Shown in pieces: positions 55,952 to 64,000 of a stretch of DNA of 64,000 bases (its first letter is position 1; each line of letters opens with the position of its first letter). The notes under the pieces were generated by a model. It was not told the origin of the DNA. It searched no databases and was given only the letters and a program-made list of their open reading frames with translations. The stretch is taken from assembly GCF_009914755.1 (NCBI RefSeq), contig NC_060930.1; one strand, given 5' to 3'. The stretch comes from the human T2T-CHM13v2.0 reference genome, Homo sapiens. Both the position numbers and the translations under genes were made by a program.

Positions 55952-56693
55952 CTATAAAACTATCAGCCTTTAATGTTTCAAATTTAATTTTACCACCAGA
56001 CTTCCACAAACCCCCAAGAATAAGCAAATATGTGGCCTGCCTTTCACCTTCTTCTATGTGTACATACACTTCACCTACAGTGTGGGAGAATAAAATCCAA
56101 TTAAAAAAAGACACAGAATATATTTTTTCCTTCTGTTTTAGAACAAAAACTCTAAAGGGTAGTGGACGGTTCTTCTGTATTCTGTTCACTAATACCCTCA
56201 AGACACTAATGAATAATTGATGAGCTTATGATTAGACTGCTATCCTCAGTTTTGAACAACATTCATGGAACAAATTTAATTCACATCTAATATTGAATTC
56301 TCTTTCTTTTATCATGATTGAAATATGCATCAAGGTTGATCTCTGTTCCTTAGAATTTCATCAGTTGGTTCTTTACCTAAAGTCATAATATTGGTATTTG
56401 ACCAACTCAGCTAAAGCACCAACTTGGGATGTCACTGACACAAATTCTCATAGCCCATCAAAAGAACATATTGGAACTATGCCTTTGTAACAGAAGCTTA
56501 CAATGCAGGTACCTTAGAAATAAATATACTGACACAAGAAGAGAACCTATTTACACTTTATAAGCAGAATACTGTCTGAAGGTCATTTCTAAAAGAAAAA
56601 ATAAATTGTGGTTAATAAATTTTTTAAATGTTGTTAGATTTCATTAGTTGAAATGGCATCACATTATTTGACAAATATAAAGCCATCAAGTGT

Positions 56694-56752
56694 AGCAGAA
56701 ATGTTGTAAAAGACAAATGCCAGCAGAAATGTTGTAACAGATAAATGCCAGC
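56694..56752. repeat. 28-bp tandem duplication
   Basis: agcagaaatgttgtaa(a/c)aga(c/t)aaatgcc twice. Confidence 0.9.
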
Positions 56753-59489
56753 TTCTCGAAGTGTATATAAACCAAGAAGCTTATGTTTTACTTGGCAAAC
56801 AGGAATCAGCCGCTGATAACGAAACAAGATTCATAAAATACTCTCTTTGCTGTAGCCATGGTAAATCTAAAGCAACCCATACGCGCTGTGGATAAAGTGA
56901 GATTTAAGTAATTAAAGAAGGTAGCTTTTTAAGGATATTAAATGAAAGATATTCCATGCAGACAACACAGCAAGGGGAGGAGACACTCAGTGGCACTAAT
57001 GGAAAACGTGAGATTGAAAAGGAAGTTTGTTCTGAGTAGCAACAGAGAAGAGACAGAAACAAATAAACACTGTGGTGGATAGAATCTTACAATATAAAAT
57101 GTGCCTAAACTACAATGTCTTCATAGGAACAAAGATCAGAAATGGAGAGGTGCTCATAGTTCTGTGGGGGTTAAGATCTGGGCAGATCATTTTAAGTCCC
57201 TTGAAAAAGGGAAAGGGAGATTAGGCCACATTCTGTAGTCCTTCAAGCTCTAAAACTGTAACAAAATCATGTATGTAGGAAACAATGTTCTCATATACTG
57301 TTGTAAGTATAAACTGGTTCAGCTTTTTGGAGGTCAGTTTGGCAGTCTATCAAAATTTTAAAAATACATTTCCTATGGCCGAGCAATTTAGTTTCTAGAA
57401 ATATATAAGGTTATTAATTACAGCATTGCTTGTAACTGCAAAAAACCGGGGTGGGGGGGGGACTAAACGTCCATCAATACGGTGAATGGAAAATATATTA
57501 CAGTGCATCTATACAATATAGCCATCAATAAGAATGGAATAGATCTATATGTTCTGACTTGAGCACCAAAGCATGGTCAGTGACATAAGCAAGCAGACCT
57601 CATACAATAGGATCCATTTATTTAAATATACGGAATACATGTGAGGATATATATGTGTTTAAATACATATACGTATATGTACATGCATGGTATCTAGAAG
57701 GTACCTAAATATTTATTAAGTAAACACAGACATAGAAAAAAGAATTCCAAGCACACACATCATACTGTTTACAGCAGTAACCTCCAGAGAGGGAAGTGGG
57801 AATGTAGGAAGATAGGGAATGACTGGGAAGTTTTATGATTAAACTTAATGTATTTCTCAAGTGTTTCCTTCTTTTATAACAAGAATGGATTTCTCTTTTA
57901 CATAAATGACATTTTGAAAAATTTAAACAGTGGAAATTACTAAAGAAATATTTATCAAAAGGATGCATTTTTAAAAATGCATTTTCTTAAAAACATAGAT
58001 GACCTCCTACTTGTACCAAGAAACAGTGCAATGAGACATGAGCAAACACTGATGCAGACAGAATTTTAGTTAACAAGAGACTTTTTAGAATTAGCTAAAT
58101 ATGTGTCCAAATGCAAATCCTGGAGGGCAGTGACTAGGTCTTTCTTCCCGGTGTCCCATAAGGATGCAATAAACAAGTATGACACTAAACACAAATGTGA
58201 GACTCCATGTGAGTCTCAGGAATTGATTATAAAATATACATACCCATCTTAAAAATATCTCTCAACTATTTATCATCAAATATTTTCATTAGGAAGTTCT
58301 CCATTCCCCTTGTATTCAGTGGGTATTTAGTTTCCTCATTTCTACTTTACTAACCAAGGTTATACTCCCTTATCACACTTTGTATGTTTCTCATTTTTTT
58401 CCAAATATATTTAAACTTACAAAACCACTTAATTATCATACTGCATCTTTCTTGGTGTTTGCTCTCAAAGTCTCTAGCGATTTAGGTTTTGTTTCCAACT
58501 GTCAAGTCTATAAATACTTTGAGTGGAATGTAAACAAACCTTAACAACGCTATTATCCTGAGAATCAACACCTTAAAATCTCTACATATCACTATTCAAT
58601 TTTTCCATTCACAAAAATATAAAACTCATGGTCAGGTGTTTCTAGATGGTGCATAGGTGTGCATTTTCAGAACACAGGAAGGGTAGGACTCTGTTCTTTC
58701 TACACTTCTATGTTATTTAGTTTGTTAGTTTAGTTATAATGGGTAGGACCTATGAAAAGCAAGTGTATAAGAATGGAAGTTCATGAAATAAGTGATTCAC
58801 ATAGCTGACTTTCAAGAATGTCTGCTCTTCAACTAATATTCAAGCCAACAACTGGTAAAGGCCTATTCTGAGCCAAGCCCAGCCTAGCCACAGTGGAATA
58901 AAGAGCAGTTAATACCCAGATACCAACTAACCAAGTTTATTATCCTTCTCTTGTGCTGTAACTTAGAGATCATAGGCAAAAGATAACTGCAACTCCTTCT
59001 CCAAACACTCCCTTCGCAATCAACAAAAGATGACATTCCAAAAACAAATTATATATAAGCCTTTGAATTCCTAAGTCTTTTCATTAGAAACAATGTTGCA
59101 ATATCTGGTGGCCAGTCCACAAATGCCTATTTATTCCCAAGATGACTTAAGGAATGGGGTATTATGGAAATCCATGATGAGTAACAATGTGGGGAAATGC
59201 AGAGTCTCAATTTAGAAAGAAAAAAAATACCTTACTAGCTTCCTGGCAATAAAAGGACAAACTCTTTTCCATTCTCCACACTCTCCCCACCCCCAAATCC
59301 CCTTCAAGTCTGAGATGAAGAGGCCAGGGGCACTCTCTGTTATCAGACACAAGAATTACTACTCTTACCTTCTTCCCTTTCAATTGCCTTATCTGCTGAT
59401 TTTCAGCAAACCAAGGTTTGCTCTCTTGGGCTCATGAGGCTGTAGAATGCAGTGTCTAATTTCCATCAACTCTCCTGTCCCTTTGGAGC

Positions 59490-59806
59490 TGCAATGGCCA
59501 CAGTGATGGCCACTTGCCACATGTGGCTACCGAGCACTTGAAATACAGCAGGGCCAAATTGAGACGAGCTGTAAGTGTAAAATATAAATTGTATTTCAAA
59601 GACTTACTAAAAAAAGAAAACCATGTTTTTATTGAGTAGTTGTCAAATTGGTAATATTTTAGATATATTAGTCTTCATAAAATATATTAAAATGAATTTC
59701 AACTGGTCCTTTCTACTTTTTTCATCAGAATAGCTATTAGAAATTTTAAAATTACATACAAGGCTTGCGTTTGTAACTCACATTATAGTCCTGTTTGACA
59801 GCGCTG
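59490..59806. mobile_element. MER3/MER33-like hAT DNA transposon
   Basis: gccacatgtggctaccgagcacttgaaat...ctgtaagtgtaaaata...ttttaaaattacata...gacagcgctg. Confidence 0.75.
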
Positions 59807-59874
59807 CTTTAGAGATTGTCTTAGGAAAGGCAATAAAGAGTATCCAAAGTCATACTGCCAGAATTAAAATCTCA

Positions 59875-60176
59875 GGCCGGGCATGGTGACTCACGCTTGT
59901 AATCCCAAAACTTTGGGAGGCCAAGGCAGGTGGATTACCTGAGGTCAGGAATTTGAGACCAGCTTGGCCAACATGGTGAAACCCCGTCTCTACTAAAAAT
60001 ACAAAAATTAGCTGGGCATGGTGGCGGGTCCCTGTAATCCCAGCTACTTGGGAGGAGGTGGGGTGCAGGAGGTGGAGGCCGCAGTGAGCCAAGATCATGC
60101 CACACTCCAACCTGGGCGACAGGTTGAGTCTCTTTAAAAGACAGAGTGAGACTTTATCTTTTTTTAAAAAAAAAAT
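59875..60176 (+). mobile_element. AluS with a deleted and rearranged right arm
   Basis: Intact left arm; right arm lacks gcaggagaatcgcttgaacc and has extra sequence before the tail. Confidence 0.9.
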
Positions 60177-62434
60177 ACAGCCCATATGGACACATGTATT
60201 ACTCAATGACAGCATTTTGTGTATTTCCTGCACATTTTGTTTCAATATAAAAATGTCAGAGGGAGCCTGGGAATAAATGGTTAAGGGGTACTGACATTCC
60301 TGTAGCAATGTAAGGAACCTCAATCTGGACTCTGGGAGATGTGGGCCCTGACTTTCCTATCAGCAAATCAGCTGTCCTCTTTGGCTTTTGTTAATCTCAT
60401 TTGTAAATGAGAAGACAGGGCTAAAAGTTCTCTGAAGTCCCTTCCAGCTATGAGTATTCTCTTCCTCTCCTTCCAAACAGCTATGTCAAGTCTCACCAGA
60501 ACCCTTACCACCATAAAAACATCCAACTTAAGCAGACTTTGCTGGTGAGGAGCCCTCCTGCTTATTCACCTTGTTCACCAGTTAGTGAGAGCCAGGGATA
60601 TGGAGCTGCTGGCTCTTCTGAGTTGTCAAGTCTCTCCTCTCATACCTCCAGCCTTTTACTATTGGAACTTCTTGTATTCTCCTTGTCTGGCTAATTCTGC
60701 CTCTTTCAAGGCTCAGAACAAGCTTCAAGCCCTTCAGCAGAAGCCTTCACTGACGCTGCCAATCTAGGTCACCTCTTCTGTCAGATTCTGTTCCCCCATC
60801 ACCGCCCCTATCATACCTTGCTATGATTTTGTTACGGACCTGTCTTGTTGGTTAGTAAGCTCCCAGAGGACAATAACCAGAACACAGAGACTACAGGCAC
60901 TCAACAAATGCTGAATAACATCTTACTCATCTTTACATCCCCAGCACCTTACAGTGACTGGCATATTTAAGACCCCAAAATTAACAAAAGAGGCCATACA
61001 GATATTAACAGACCTCTCTTCCAAATTCCAGACCCCTATATTACCACTGCCCACTTTACATTTGCACTTACTTTTCTCAAAGATACCTCAAAACTCAATT
61101 CACACTCTCTATGCCCCTCCCTAGTAAAAGCCTGTCCTTATGCAATGTTCCCTAGCTCAGTGAATCCGGCTGTGGAAGCCAGAAAGACACTGCCTTCGAC
61201 CTCAACCTAATCCATCAGCAAGTCTTTTGTTTTTACCTCCTAAGATAGCTTTCAAGTCAATTTACTTCTTTGCAACTTCCATGCTACCATTCTAGTTCAC
61301 TCCACCTTCATCTCTCACTCGGACCCTCACATAGTTCCTAAGTGATCTCCCGCTTTCCACTCAGACCTTCCTCCAAACTGTCCTCCATGCAGGAGCCAGA
61401 AAGAATTTCTCAAATTACAAAACTTGAGTATAAACCATTTCCCTCATCCTTTCCCTCCAGAACTCCTGTCCCTATTTAAAACCCTTCAGTGGTATTCCAC
61501 GGCTCTTATCGTAAAAGAAGCACAGAAAAAAACGTTTAACTGGGCCTTCAAGGCCTGTGGAATCTGGGCCCTGCCTAACTCTAATCATTCCCCCTGACTT
61601 TCCCTAGCACTGACATGCTCCCTTATGCCACAGGGCTTTGGCATAAGTTGATCCCTTGTTGGGACCATGCTTCTTCTTTTCACCTTCCATCATCCAAGTG
61701 CAACTCAGGTGCCATTTCCTCATGCAGCCTTCCTTGACCTGGGTCTAGCCAGCGCTCTTGTCATCTGCACTTAGAAGGCTTTTCTTTTCCTTCACAAATT
61801 GTATCTCTTTGTATTTATACATTTCCACCCTTACATGCCATTTCTCCACATAAATCTTTTGAAAATATAAATCAGATCAGTCACTCCATTGCTTAAAACA
61901 CTTCAGTGCCTTCCTATCTCATGCTGAATAAAAATCATACTCCACCAAGATCTACAGCTCTGCAACCCAACCACCTCCCCAAACTCATCTCCAACTCCTC
62001 TCCTGGCACATTCTGCTCCAGCCACACTGGCCTTACTGTTCCTTAAACACAGTCAAAGCTTATTACTGACTTAGGATCCTTATCATTACCTTCCCTCTAC
62101 CAGAATGTTTTGTTCCCAAAGCTTCACACTACTGGCCACTCACCATTCAGGTCTTGGCTCCTAACCACCCTACATACCCTACTACCCCCTTCACTCCCAT
62201 ACCATTTCTAACCTTCTACTCCATTTGATTTTCTTCACTGCTCTTAGCCCTAGAAGATAACCTCCATGAGAGCATGGGTTCTGCCCTATTCACCTCAGTG
62301 CCTATAAAAGTACCTGGCATAGAGGTACTCAATACCTGTGTGAATGCTTAAAGTAATTATTGCGGTCCTTTTTCAAATAACTGCACTTCACTGACAGTGA
62401 AGAGTTACACATATGAGGATGGGATAATGTTGGC

Positions 62435-62878
62435 TGTGGTAGGCAGAAATGTAAGATGGCACCCAAGATCCCTGCTCCCAGATACACACACCCATATAAT
62501 CCCCTCCCCTTGAGAGTGGGCAGGACCTGGAAATATGATGGGATAGTTACTCCAGTAACTTTATATAAGAGTCTTGTAGCTGACTGGAGGGAGATTCTCC
62601 AACTAGCCTTGAAGAAGCAAGCTGCCATGTTGTGAGAGGCCCATTGGCTAGGACTTGGGGGTGGCCTCTAGGAACTGAAAGCTACCTCTAGCTAACAGCC
62701 AGCAAGAAAAGGAGGATCTCAGTGGTATAATCACAAGAACCAAATTCTGCTACCAACCACTGAGCTTAATAGAGGACCCTGAGCCTCAGATGAGATTATA
62801 ACCCTGCTGACACTTTGATTTCAGCATAGTAAGACCCTGAGCAGAGAAGCCAGTTGTGCCATGCTTGGACTTTTACTT
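62435..62878 (+). mobile_element. MLT1-family (MaLR) LTR, 3'-truncated
   Basis: tgtggtaggcagaa..taagatggc.cccaagat...taatcccctccccttgag...gccttgaagaagcaagctgccatgttgtgag...gagcctcagatgaga. Confidence 0.8.
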
Positions 62879-63063
62879 ATATAATGGCCATCAATACTAT
62901 CAGACCCAACGCCTACTTTTTATAACAAATATTTTATTACAACGCCCTACTATTCTGAAATAAAATTCAGAGATATATAACCTACTAAACACTTTTTTTT
63001 AATGTATTAGCAAGCCAGGCACATGTCTAATAGTCCCAGCTACTCGGAAAGTTGAGGTGGGAG

Positions 63064-63486
63064 TGGGAGGTGAGGCCAGCTGGACTTCCTGGGTCGGATG
63101 GGGACTTGGGGAACTTTCCTGTCTTACAAGAGGATTGTAAATTGCACCAATCAGTGCTCTGTAAAATGCACGAATCAGCAGGATTCTAAAAGTAGCCAAT
63201 CGCGGGGAGGACTGAAAAGAGCGCGCTTTGATAGGACAGAAACGAAACATGGGAGGGGACAATAAAGGAATAAAAGCTGGCCACCTCAGCCAGCAGCAGC
63301 AACCCGCTCAGGTCCCCTTCCACGCTGTGGAAGCTTTGTCCTTTTGCTCTTCACAATAAACCTTGCTACCGCTCATTCTTTGGGTCTGTGCCATCTTTAA
63401 GAGCTGTAACACCACAAAGGTCCGCAGCTTCATTATTGAAGTCAGTGAGACCAGGAACCCACCAGCAGGAACAAACTCCGGACACA
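63064..63486 (+). mobile_element. LTR12-family (ERV9) 5' LTR, inserted into an Alu fragment (63013-63063)
   Basis: tgggaggtgaggccagctggacttcctgggtc start, CCAAT boxes, gaataaaagctggcc, aggtccccttccacgctgtggaagctttg, ends aaactccggacaca. Confidence 0.9.
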
Positions 63487-64000
63487 TCTTGGGGACTTGT
63501 CCAGGATATCGCTATGCGGTGAGTACTATCGGACCCCTTTCGCTTGCTATTCTGTCCTATTTTTCCTTAGAATTCAGGGGCTAAACACTGGGCACCTGTC
63601 AGCCAGTTAAAAGTGACTAGTGCGGCCACCGGACTAAAGACACGGGTGTCAGGCTTTCTAGGAAAGGGCTCTCTAACAACCCTTGCCTCTTCGGAGTCGG
63701 GAGCGTTGCTTTGCCTGGAACCAGCTTCTGCTTTTCCTGCACTTCCGGGCTGAGCCGAGGGTCAACAGAGAGGAAAGCCATTCAGCTCCAAAAAGTTGGT
63801 TGACCCTGCAGCCATGAGCAGAACTCTCAAGGTTACATCACCCAAGCGAGACTTGCCCATCTATTCTATCTATCCTGACCCTTGCCTCCTGGGTCCCAAT
63901 GCCTCTCAGAGAAGTTCCTCCCACCTCTCTTCTCCAAGGCTAGTCCTGCTTCTCAAAACCACTCCCTGTCCCCGATGCTCTTCTAGTTTCTCCTATAAGG
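63487..64000 (+). mobile_element. HERV9/HERV-W-clade internal leader sequence (continues past the window edge)
   Basis: Primer-binding site at 63490-63507, splice donor GCG|GTGAGT at 63519, leader motifs cgcttgctattctgtcctatttttccttagaatt and ggactaaagacacgggtgtcaggctttct. Confidence 0.85.

Noticed and set aside
57963-57982. Perfect 20-bp palindrome ATGCATTTTTAAAAATGCAT
   Set aside because: AT-rich and low complexity; no functional context.

Overview
Primate, almost certainly human, genomic DNA inside BTBD9 on the minus strand. The five 5'-most coding exons are present (44655-44444, 40861-40498, 39374-39110, 26966-26747, 24248-24129). They splice in frame through GT-AG sites to give codons 1-385: BTB, BACK and most of the first discoidin/F5-8-like repeat. 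The first exon lies beyond the right edge and the remaining exons beyond the left edge. The introns hold a full-length processed TFG pseudogene (+ strand), an hY1 RNA pseudogene, about 24 Alu copies, a rearranged L1 complex, MIR/L2/MER relics, an MLT2A solo LTR nested in an Alu, an MLT1 LTR, and the 5' end of an ERV9/LTR12-type provirus. I see no demonstrable new biological system. The best leads are unexplained splice and 3'-end signals: a perfect 9-nt microexon candidate, two candidate truncating terminal exons, and a stop-free exon 2-3 circle. Also notable are a near-zero-spacer L1 inverted repeat, TFG disease-type substitutions in the pseudogene, and an atypical tRNA-Pro primer-binding site. 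Repeat subfamily calls and gene identities are from recognition by eye, not database searches.
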